In this document: positions 51,601 to 62,339 of the stretch, piece by piece
Layout: the number at the start of each line of letters is the position of its first letter
Numbering within the stretch: the stretch's first letter is position 1
From: Anthoceros angustus
Taxonomy: Eukaryota; Plantae; Anthocerotophyta
Direction of reading: 5' to 3'
Assembly: GCA_010909165.1 (NCBI GenBank)
Contig: MU008215.1
Coordinates: forward strand, 186,001-250,000
DNA: 64,000 bases
Made by a program: the position numbers and the translations under genes
The notes under the pieces: generated by a model
Seen by the model: only the letters and a program-made list of their open reading frames with translations
Database searches by the model: none
Told to the model about the DNA's origin: nothing

Positions 51601-53631
51601 GTCAGTGAGGACACAAGTTTCGCACCAAGGTAGGTGTTCAACCTTGCAAGGCAAGGGTTCTATATATTCCCTCTAGACATTTGGATTAATTTTGACTATT
51701 AGGATGACCAATCTACAATGCCAAAGCATGGTTTGGGTAGGTGTCAATGTTTGGGAGGCAACATTATGAATGGGTGGCTCTACTTGCATAATCTATAGAG
51801 GCCCATCTTCTCAAGTATTGTGTTCTATCACTTAAAAAGAGAGAAACAAGATATAAAGGATCACGCAATGTTTTTGAAAGACTTGCAAAGATACTAGATT
51901 TTGCACATGAAGGAACATGGAGGACTTGATGAAGATGAAGATGACCCGAATCACATCACTTGAATACAATGAACCAACCCGCTATGGGAAGGTTGTGATC
52001 ATCACCCGCAGATGTCCTGGTCCTGTGGGTGTAAGACTCAAAGAGTCTTGTTGTAACATATGTGATGTTGCTCCACCCTGTGAGGTATTGGGGCGGAAGG
52101 AGAGAGGATGAAGGCAGATTTGAGGAAGATGTTGATGAAGATTTCGCAATGTTAGCTGTGGGCCTCCTCTAGGTTCCCATTCTTCTTTACTCCTTTTCCA
52201 TGTGATTTGGGATTCGCACCAATTACAAATTCCCTTTTGTTACCTCGAAGGTGAAGAAGATCTCGCCATATTTGTTTGTGGAATATGGTCAGGGAAGAGA
52301 ACTGCCGCGCCTCTTCCTACCCTTTGTGAATACATCGCTTGTTGGCTCAGTGTCACCGCTGACTCCTCCTCAATCAATGCTCCAATAAGTTCGCGATCCG
52401 GCTTAATGTCTGGATCTTCATCCGCTTTTCGACCAACAGCATTTTGAGTTGTAATGAAAGCCCTATAAGAAGGTGGCAATGAAGATAAGAGAAAAGCAAC
52501 TCTGGACAAGGTGAGCTTCATATTGAGATCGCCAATAGAAATGCATTGATATGATGTTCGATGGTCATCCTTCATTGAGAGGTTGAGTTACGGAAGGCTC
52601 ATCATACTCATTACATCTCTTGAGAGAATTGAGCAAGGTGAGTCCACATATCCTGAGGTCTTTGCATTGTCTCACCATTGTCCAGAAGTCCACGAAATAA
52701 ATCTTGAGCTTCTCTGGCATCCCGGAAGGTTGAAGTGTGCTCAAATCGTGGGGCCGAATTGATCCATCGACTATGCCCAGGTCTCGCCAAAGCTCATCGA
52801 TTCGCCAAACATCATAATCCTTCCATTGAATCTATCTTCTCTTAAACTCACCATAATGATAATGCAAAGGTCGATTATCATTTGGTGGGGATCATTGTGT
52901 GTTAGGAAGCTTGTTCTTCATTATATCACCCAGGTGATTTAGAGGACTAGGCTGCGCCTTTCTTCTTCTCTATTGCATGCTCGAAACTCCTCTGCAATAA
53001 CTTGTGATGATGATGAGAGCTCTCAAATCTAAGTTATCAACCTTAGAGAGATAGACAATTTTGTCCTTAATTCAGATAATTCTCCTTAAGATCAAGATGT
53101 TGGATTCTAAGAGTGTGTTCTATCTTATCAATTTTATGAGTTTCTCTTGTCTGCACTAGAAGATAGGAGTAATACCGATTCAAATTTGGGATATGTTGGA
53201 GCTAATTCTAATGCTTGACGTGAATTGACTAAAACTTCTAGCAAATCACGCCTAGCTAGCTTGATAAACTTCCCTTGATCGGTTTAGAAATTAGAATAGA
53301 TGCAATGAAGTTAGCAGAAGAGGTTTCTTCTATCTCTGCAATGATGTGTAGACTTCTATTTCTAATGTTCTTATTCCTAACTTGTTCTTGTTGTCTTGGC
53401 AATCTCTTCCAATTCTAGCCTTCTAAGGAAAACATCCATGGAGGAGGACAAGGAATTAGTGCATAAAAGCATTGTTAGAAAAGAAAAATGTTTAAAGAAG
53501 AAAACATAAAAGAGGCAATTCTAAGATGCACAATCCATCTAGCAAGGTGCTAGATGGGAAAGTGCCTCCTAGATAAGCTCCTTAGATGCTAAAAGCTGCG
53601 CACGCACAATGGAGAGCAATGCTCGATACCA

Positions 53632-53874
53632 TGATGAAAATCACTCCTTGCTCTTAGCAAAGATGTTTGCATTGATTATAAATAGAAAGTACAAAGCCTT
53701 TATATAGGCTAGGTGGTTATAACCATAAGGTGGTTGTAACCATAAGTAGTTCTAACCTCTAGGTGGTTGTAACAACTAACTACTTAATAAACTACCTAAA
53801 GCCCTAAGAACTAAATTAATTAATAGTCTTAGGTGCCCTAGTGAAGAGTGCCCTAAATAGGGTATATTTCATCA
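53632..53874 (-). repeat. Copia 5' LTR
   Basis: Followed on the minus strand by the iMet PBS. Confidence 0.9.
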
Positions 53875-54646
53875 CATACTACATCCCACGTATTGTTGTG
53901 AATATATCCTATGGTTTTGGGCCTTAAAGAACGTTCCCCAAAAGACACAATCTGGGTAGGGGTATCTGGATAGGGGTATAGCATCCATTATTCTAAATAG
54001 ATATCAGCACTCTCATAGGAATGCTCGCAGAAATGCTATGTATCAATGCTATCATACTACTTGAGTTGCCTTGGCCAAGTCAACCTTTGGATTTCTTACT
54101 GCTTTTGCCATGGCCATAGTTGCTAATGTTATCACTACACCGTGACTGTAGAGATGGGAGGTCCTTCAGCGAATTGAGAGGGGCGCATCTCCTCATCCTG
54201 CTCGCGGTAAAAATGGTCATGGGAAGAATCGTTTCTGATCCGATAGATGCTATAATGATGCATGCCTTTCAGGAACAATATTTTGCGCCGACTTTACTTG
54301 TTGCGTGAAGGGGTTGGCCGTTGCCAACGATTGTTGCTTTGCCTTTCAAGAAACGTGAAACCCGTTTTCCACTTCTTCAATGTTGGATAGAGTACCGGAA
54401 TGTGAGAGAGATACAACACATTGAGAGCAAGAAAGCAGTGGCTATCATTTGCGAGGTTGGCAACTATTGGTGTCTGTGGACAAGGGAAGAATGGTAGACT
54501 CCCCTTAGGAAGGTAATATTAGTGTGTTTTTTGTTTTCTTTAGTGTTCGGTGTGAGGAATAAGGCGGAAAAAGGGGAAATAAGGCTAAACGCTAAGCACA
54601 AGATGCTTAATCACAAAGTTCTTGTAAATGTGTGTCCATTTGGCCT

Positions 54647-55110
54647 CACAAAGAGTGGTGACATGGAGTGCCTTGATAGCCGTGTATCTTGAGCAAATTT
54701 CCTAGATCATACCGTGTGGTAAAAGGAGGAATGCTTCGCTATTCTTCAAGCTTGTGCCTTGGTAACTCTCTGCGCCGGCTTGGGTTGATGAATAGCTTTT
54801 TGTCTACAAATGCAGATGGGTCATGGTGCCTCTCCTTCCAAGCCGAGCCCTCCGAATAGCTTGGAGCCTTGTAGGCATGTAGGATCGGGAATGAGCATCA
54901 TAGCAATTGGGATCATGGGTGCATTCAGACTCATCAAGCTGAACTGTGGGTAATCATGTCACTTATTTCCTGGTTTTTGAATGCATGCAAGTGCCAATGT
55001 TGGAGGTTCGTATGAGGGAAAGTAGCTTCATCTGAGACTGAGGATAAGGATCAATATTCTAATGTGGTTGTCGGCAACTGTCTGGTGGACATGTATGCAG
55101 AGCTTGAAAG
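54647..55110 (+). pseudogene. Scrambled remnants of a PDF-PPR paralog
   Basis: VVTWSALIA (~54655-54681), LQAC (~54742), post-PDF linker WVDE.L..QMGHGASPSK (54781-54910), NVVVGNCLVDMYA (~55060-55100); the pieces are not in gene order. Confidence 0.55.
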
Positions 55111-55646
55111 GTGCTCCAAGCTCCAAGAAGGAGAAGTTACCCCACTTTCAGAGCTGCTCGTGCTGCCGGTCAAGTGGCTTTCTTTTGTGGGGATGAATTG
55201 ATGGTGTTTAGCCCTCGTCCACGCATTTTCATGAACATTGTTGATTGATTGATCTTATTTGAATTTTACCTTTGCATTCAGACCATTTTACCACAATCTA
55301 TTTCAATCCCATGTCGGAAATCCGTCCTTAGTGGACTTCAATAAAATTCTTCACCTTCTTCTTCCATAAAGAAGAACCCTAAGCAATGGATAACAACATC
55401 CAAACACCATAGGCCAAGTTGTGTCACACAACGTTTTCTGCCGCATACGACCCGGCTTGTGATGGTCTGGCATATAATACAAGGGAATCTTAAGATGCCG
55501 AGGCATCTAAGTGTACAATCCAGGCGCAAAACAATTCACAAGTCGCCTGCTGACGAGATCATATTCCATACGACCGACAAACCATAACAAATTTTTTTGT
55601 GAGTGTTTTGTTAGCCTCATCATCTTCCAGCAGCGATCCCTGAAGG

Positions 55647-58600
55647 ATGGCTAAAGTATGGCAACCGGACCCGTTGTGGACCCAACAAATTGGTGTGCGT
55701 ACAGCAATTCTACGAGGAGCTCCCGCTTACCTCACGTCAGGGAGTCACCTGGCAAACAACCAATCCTTGAGGTGGTGCAGCATTGTAAGGAGCTCAGCAA
55801 TTCCACTTCCGATGAAGGTTGTGGGTGGGGACGGGTTTTGCAGCGATGGTCGTGGCCAGGAGCAGGAGCACTTGTGGCAACAATTTTTTCTGGAACCTAC
55901 CATGTGGTGGGACAACAGACGCGATACGAAGCGCTCCCGTTCGCCTCACTTCCGGCGCAAGGGGTCCGGCGAGGTCCTGTGGTTAGACAACCTGTTCAAG
56001 CCAGCTTGGGTTGATGAGCAGCTGGTTTCCTTGGATATGCAGATGGGTCAAGGTGCCTCTCCTTCTAAGTCGAGCTCTCCGGATATGGTCGAAGGATCCG
56101 TAATGGGCTCCATATGCTGCAGTGTAAGGAACCCAGCACTTGCACTTCCGGGAAAATGTGTGGGTGGGGACGGGTTTTCCAGCGATGGTCGTCGCCAAGA
56201 GCAGGAGCACTTGTGGCAACAATTTTTTCTGGACCCCGCAATGTGGTGGGACAACAGACGAGATAAGAAAACCTCCCGTTCGCCTGACTTCCGGCGTAAG
56301 GGGTCCGGCGAGGTTCTGTGGTTAAACAACCTGTTCAAGCCAGCTTGGGTTGATGAGCAGCTCGTTTCCTTGGATATGCAGATGGGTCAAGGTGCCTCTC
56401 CTTCCATGTCGAGCTCTGCGCATAAGTCTGAACCTGGCAGGCGTGAAGGATCGGAAATGGGCGTCGTGACGACGGCTGGAACTGTGAGCATGTTATGTGA
56501 GCAGGGGAAGCTTTCTGAGGCTGTTGGAGCCTTGGAATCTCTGGCACAGACTGATTGCGCCGTTTCTCAGTCTGTGTTTTACACAGTGCTGAAGCTTTGT
56601 ACAGCTAAGAAGGATTTGGTTGTGGGTCGACGAGTTCATGATCTCACTGTCAAACTTGGATACGAGTCGAATGCATACTTGGGGAACCATATCTTGCGCA
56701 TGTATGCTTCTGGAGGTAGGCTCGAGGAGGCCATGGATGTGTTCACCAGGTGGCAAACCAGATGCCTTCATGTGGTCTTCCATCATCTCTGCCCATGCTA
56801 AACATGGGAAACCTGTTGAGGCCGTACAACTGTACCACGAGATGCGGAGGTCGGGAGTGAAGGCGGATGCTTACGTATTTATAGCTGCACTTCAAGCTTG
56901 TGCATTTGCTGCTGACTTGGAATCTGGCAGAAAAGTGCACTGTGATGTGTTGCGCAGTGGCATTCCCACGAACTTGTTTGTGGGCAACTGCCTCGTGGAC
57001 ATGTATGCAAAATGCGGGGAACTGAAAGATGCCAGGTTTTTGACAGCATGGCCACAAAGGATGTGGTGACATGGAATGCCCTGATATCTGGGTATGCACA
57101 GCAAGGACTCGGACAGGAGGCTTGTATGGACATGGAGCAAAAGAGGGCCTGATTTTGGCTGACCATGTTACTTTTGCTTGCCTTCTGAAGGCCTGTGGAA
57201 GCTGGTGCCTTACAGAAGGGCAGGCAGCTGCACTCACAGATTGTTGAAAGAGGACTGCTGGATAACGTATTGGTGGGCAACTGCCTGGTGGACATGTATG
57301 CAAAATGTGGTGAACTGGAAGATGCACGCCAGGTTTTTGACAGCATGGCCACAAAGGATGTGGTGACATGGAAGCTGATTGCTGGGTATGAGCAAGGGCT
57401 CGGCCAAGAGGCTTGTTGTGTATGGACAAATGGAGCAGGAGGCCTGATGGCTAACCATGTTACTTTTGCTTGCCTTCTGAAGGCCTGTGCAAGGCACTGG
57501 TGCCTTACAGAAGGGCAGGCAGCTGCACTCACAGATTGTCAAAGAGGACTGCTGGATATAGTGTTCAACTGCCTGGACATGACATGTAAAATGTGGTGAA
57601 CTGGAAGATGCACGCCAGGTTTTTGACAGCTTGGCCTCAAAAGGATGTGGTGACATGGAATGCCCTGATTGCTGGGTATGCACCAAGGACGCCAAGAGGC
57701 GCTTGTTGTGTATGGACAAATGGAGCAGGAGGCCTCATTTTGGCTGACCATGTTACTTTTGCTTGCCTTCTGAAGGCCTGTGGCACTGGTGCCTTACAGA
57801 AGGGCAGGCAGCTGCACTCACAGATTGTGGAAAGAGGACTGCTGGATAATGTAGTGGGCAACTGCCTGGTGGACATGTATGCAAAATGTGGTGAACTGGA
57901 AGATGCACGCCAGGTTTTTGACAGCATGAACACAAAGATGTGGTGACATGGAATGCCCTGATTGCTGGGTATGCACAGCAAGGACTCGCCAAGAGGCGCT
58001 TGTTGTGTATGGACAAATGGAGCAGGAGGCCTCATTTTGGCTGACCATGTTACTTTTGCTTGCCTTCTGAAGGCCTGTGAAGCACTGGTGCCTTACAGAA
58101 GGGCAGGCAGCTGCACTCACAGATTGTGGAAAGAGGACTGCTGGATAATGTAGTGTGGGCAACTGCCTGGTGGACATGTATGCAAAATGTGGTGAACTGG
58201 AAGATGCACGCCAGGTTTTTGACAGCATGAACAAAGAATGTGGTGACATGGAATGCCATGATTTCTGGGTATGGTACTTGTGATGACGGTCAAAGAGCTC
58301 TAGCTTGTTTTGACGAGATGTTAGCTGCTGGCATTCAGCCTGATGGGACCACTTTTTCTTGCCTGCTAGTAGCATGCAGTCATGAGGGTCTTGTCCACGA
58401 GGGTCGCAAGCACTTTGATTCCATGGCTGAACAGCATGGCATCAAACCTACTACTGAGCATTACAATTGCATGATTGATCTTCTTGGGCGTGCAGGCCAT
58501 TTAGATGAGGCTGAGAATATGTTATTGTCATGTGAGGAAGAAATTAATGTTGTAGGCTTGAGGTCTTTGTTGAATGCCTGTAAAAGTCACGGGGATATAG

Positions 58601-59154
58601 AGAGATCAATGTGGTGTTTTGAAAGCATTGTTAGGCTGGACCCCCAGGAGGCGACCGCATATGTGCTCATGGCCAATGCCTACGCAGATGCAGGTAGGTG
58701 GAGCGATGTAGACAGAATTGAAAGACAGAGACGAGCAGCAGGAGCTAACAAGAAACCTGCAGTGGCGACCGTCGAGGTGAATACGCAGGTACATAGCTTT
58801 GTGGTCGGAGAAAGGAGAGAGGATATTGTGGTTAAGGTAGAGAGTACGAATGCACGTGTGAAGCATGAAGGAGGCCATATACCTCACACAAAGTTGGTGT
58901 TGAAGCCACTGAGTGAAAAGGAAAAGGAAGATGTGCTTTGTGGGCATGCCGAGAAACTGGCTCTGGCATTTGGCCTCTTGAACACCCCGAGTGGGGCACC
59001 TCTGGTGGTAACGAAGAATCTACGCATGTGCAGTGACTGCCACAGTTCCACGGAGATCATGTCAAGGCTTGAGCAGAGAGACATCGTTGTAAGGGATGGG
59101 TACCGTCTGCATCGATTCTCATCTGGTTCTTGCAGTTGCAAAGGTCGACCGTGA
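55647..59154 (+). CDS. PPR gene 4: two PDF motifs + PLS array (four ASTGALQKG-type triplets) + E1/E2 + DYW:KP (GRP); many indels in the array
   Basis: ORF 55647-56801 has two LWQQFF..WWDNRRD..SP(H/D)FRRKGSGEVLW motifs; ORF 58240-59154 has P2-L2-S2-E1-E2, KKPAVATVEV, HAEK, CSDC and CSCKGRP. Confidence 0.85.
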
Positions 59155-61899
59155 GAGGAATGAAGATGTAAGCAGTTTTAAGACTGTGTGTACGCTACAG
59201 AGAAGGCTGCTTTTTCTCTAGGGCGTGAATGTGCTTGCTGAACACCTTCATTCTTGTCCAAACTGAGACATGGACACAAGTTAAGCTGCAAACTCACAGG
59301 GTTATTAAGACACAGGGTGAAAATGAATTCCAGGGGTGTGCCCCACTCTGTTAGCGCTTAGACTTTCAAAGATGCGGATGGCCTTGTGATGGATATGCGT
59401 TTAGGGGTGGGTGCATGGATATAGACGGTCAGACTACCTGGTTGGGCTCCAGTGTAGCCTGAAGGTAGCAGCAAAGGGACTGTGTACTACGGGAGTCGGG
59501 GACTACAAGTGCTCAGGGCCTGGCTCCTACTCCACCAAATGGGCGTCTTAGGCTGGAAAGCTGAGTAAGAGGGAGGGAGCCGTCCCTGACTTCGTGGGTG
59601 GAGAGTGGCCAGCAGTATGAGGCTGCCTGTCTGCATCATCTGGTTCTTTGCTGCCGCTCCTGCTGTGGCAGGTGTATGCGACCCAGGCTCCCCTGATTGT
59701 TGCTATGCTGCTGCTGCTTCTGCTGTGCATGTACAGGACTGTGTACTACGGTGAGTGTGCAAGTGCTTGTGGCTGTCTTGGGCGCTCGGAAGCTGAGTAT
59801 GTAGACTAATAAGAAGGAAGCGAAGCCCTTTCCTGACGCTCGACTTCATCGGTGAGGAGTGGACTGGCCAGCACTAGGAGGCTGCCTGCACGGTATCGAT
59901 GTGGGCCTTCGCGCAGGTTTTTCGCAGTCTAAACTCAAAAGGTAGTGTCAAAGCTGCTCACACTGAACGGAAGTGTCAATCCGGTACATTTTATGTACAC
60001 ACGACGTACATTTTATGTACACACGACGGTTAGTGTCACCCTTGAGACATATGTACAGGTCCGACACTCATGCTCTTGCTCAGGTATGGTACTTGTGATG
60101 AAGGTCACAAGAGCTAGCTTGTTTTGAGGAGATGTTAGTTGCCGGTATCCAGCCTAATGATGCTACTTTTACGAGCATTTTAGTAGCATGCAGTCATGAG
60201 GGGCTGGTCCACGAGGGTCGCAAGCACTTTGATTCCATGGCTGAACAGCATGGCATCAAACCTACTATTGAGCATTACAATGCATGATTGATCTTCTTGG
60301 GCGTGCAGGCCATTTAGATGAGGCAGAGAAGATGCTATTGTCATGTGAGGGCCAAAGTAATGTTGTGGGCTTGACGTCTTTGTTGAATGCCTGCAAAAGT
60401 CACGGGGATATAGAGAGCGATGTGGTGTTTTGAAAGCATTATTAGGCTGGACCCCCAGGAATCGCCCGCCTATGTGCTCATGGCCAATGTCTACGCAGAT
60501 GCAGGTAGGTGGGCCGATGTAGACAGGATTGAAAGACACAGAACGTTAGCTGGTGCTAACAAGAAACCTGCAGTGGCTACCGTCGAGGTGAACAAGCAGG
60601 TACATAGATTTGTGGTGGGAGATAGAAGAGAGGATATTGCGCGAAAGGTAGAGAGCACGAATGCACGTTTGAAAGAGGAAGGAGGCCATATACCTCACAC
60701 AAAGTTGGTGTTGAAGCCACTGTGTGAGAAGGAAAAGGAAGATGTGCTTTGTGGGCATGCTGAGAAATTAGCTCTGGCTTTTGGTCTGTTGAACACTCCG
60801 AACGGGACTCCTCTGGTGGTAACGAAGAATCTACGCATGTGCAGTGACTGCCACAGTTCCACGGAGATCATGTCCAGGCTTGAAAAGAGAGACATTGTTG
60901 TAAGGGATGGGTACCGTCTGCATCGATTCTCATCTGGTTCTTGCAGTTGCAAAGGTCGACCGTGAGAGGAATGAAGATGTAAGCAGTTTTAAGACTGTGT
61001 GTACGCTACAGAGAAGGCTGCTTTTTCTCTAGGGCGTGAATGTGCTTGCTGAACACCTTCATTCTTGTCCAAACTGAGACATGGACACAAGTTAAGCTGC
61101 AAACTCACAGGGTTATTAAGACACAGGGTGAAAATGAATTCCAGGGGTGTGCCCCACTCTGTTAGCGCTTAGACTTTCAAAGATGCGGATGGCCTTGTGA
61201 TGGATATGCGTTTAGGGGTGGGTGCATGGATATAGACGGTCAGACTACCTGGTTGGGCTCCAGTGTAGCCCGAAGGTAGCAGCAAAGGGACTGTGTACTA
61301 CGGGAGTCGGGGACTACAAGTGCTCAGGGCCTGGCTCCTACTCCACCAAATGGGCGTCTTAGGCTGGAAAGCTGAGTAAGAGGGAGGGAGCCGTCCCTGA
61401 CTTCGTGGGTGGAGAGTGGCCAGCAGTATGAGGCTGCCTGTCTGCATCATCTGGTTCTTTGCTGCCGCCCTGCTGTGGCAGGTGTATGCGACCCAGGCCC
61501 CTGATTGTTGCTATGCTGCTGCTGCTTCTGCTGTGCATGTACAGGACTGTGTACTACGGTGAGTGTGCAAGTGCTTGTGGCTGTCTTGGGCGCTCGGAAG
61601 CTGAGTATGTAGACTAATAAGAAGGAAGCGAAGCCCTTTCCTGACGCTCGACTTCATCGGTGAGGAGTGGACTGGCCAGCACTAGGAGGCTGCCTGCACG
61701 GTATCGATGTGGGCCTTCGCGCAGGTTTTTCGCAGTCTAAACTCAAAAGGTAGTGTCAAAGCTGCTCACACTGAACGGAAGTGTCAATCCGGTACATTTT
61801 ATGTACACACGACGTACATTTTATGTACACACGACGGTTAGTGTCACCCTTGAGACATATGTACAGGTCCGACACTCATGCTCTTGCTCAGGTATGGTA
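59086..61899. repeat. Near-identical direct repeat (59086-60091 and 60897-61899) covering the DYW C-terminus and 3' flank
   Basis: Only a handful of differences by eye over ~1 kb; includes a 22-bp tandem duplication TACATTTTATGTACACACGACG. Confidence 0.9.
60083..60965 (+). pseudogene. PPR gene 5: 3' partial copy (part of P2, L2, S2, E1, E2, DYW:KP)
   Basis: Starts abruptly at GGTATGGTACTTGTGATGAA (GYGTCDE); ORF 60420-60965 ends CSCKGRP; no upstream PPR array or PDF motif. Confidence 0.8.
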
Positions 61900-62020
61900 A
61901 ACGTCTGCGTCTCAATCTCCGAAGCAATCAATGCTTCGCGCGTGGCATGCCATGCCTTGCCCATCACGATTCTCTCTCATCATGGTGTACTTTAAACACA
62001 ACACGATGTATCGGTCCATA

Positions 62021-62332
62021 AAGGATGTGGTGAACTGGAAGATGCACGCCAGGTTTTTGACAGCATGGCCACAAAGGATGTGGGACACCCTAAATTGTCT
62101 AGAGCTCCTTGGATCTCGAAAGAGAAAAAGGATTGAGTTAAACATTGTCTTTATTGCAAGGAAGAAGATTTGGGCAGCTCTTGCGGAGATCATGTCAAGA
62201 TGGTACGTCGCATGTTTGCAAATGTGGTGAACTGGAAGATGCACGCCAGGTTTTTGACAGCATGGCCACAAAGGATGTGGTGAACTGGAAGATGCACGCC
62301 AGGTTTTTGACAGCATGGCCACAAAGGATGTG
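62021..62332 (+). repeat. Three copies of a 53-bp PPR S-motif fragment interleaved with MULE-derived sequence
   Basis: ATGTGGTGAACTGGAAGATGCACGCCAGGTTTTTGACAGCATGGCCACAAAGG at 62025, 62222 and 62275; 62148-62215 resembles MULE 62838-62910. Confidence 0.8.
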
Positions 62333-62339
62333 TTGAACA

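Larger units (their letters stand above)
47270..53874 (-). mobile_element. Full-length Ty1/Copia LTR retrotransposon with 5-bp TSD CATAC
   Basis: LTRs 47270-47510 and 53632-53874 (TGATGAAA...TTTCATCA); TSD CATAC at 47265-47269 and 53875-53879; tRNA-iMet PBS TGGTATCGAGC (53621-53631, minus strand); PPT at 47511-47520; LWH.RLGH, SDNGGEF, MDVKT and YVDD motifs on the minus strand. Confidence 0.92.

Noticed and set aside
30719-58375. Many 60-300 aa ORFs antisense or out of frame to the PPR arrays (e.g. TWRASSSSPHFAYMSTRQ repeats)
   Set aside because: Shadow ORFs of the repetitive PPR coding strand.
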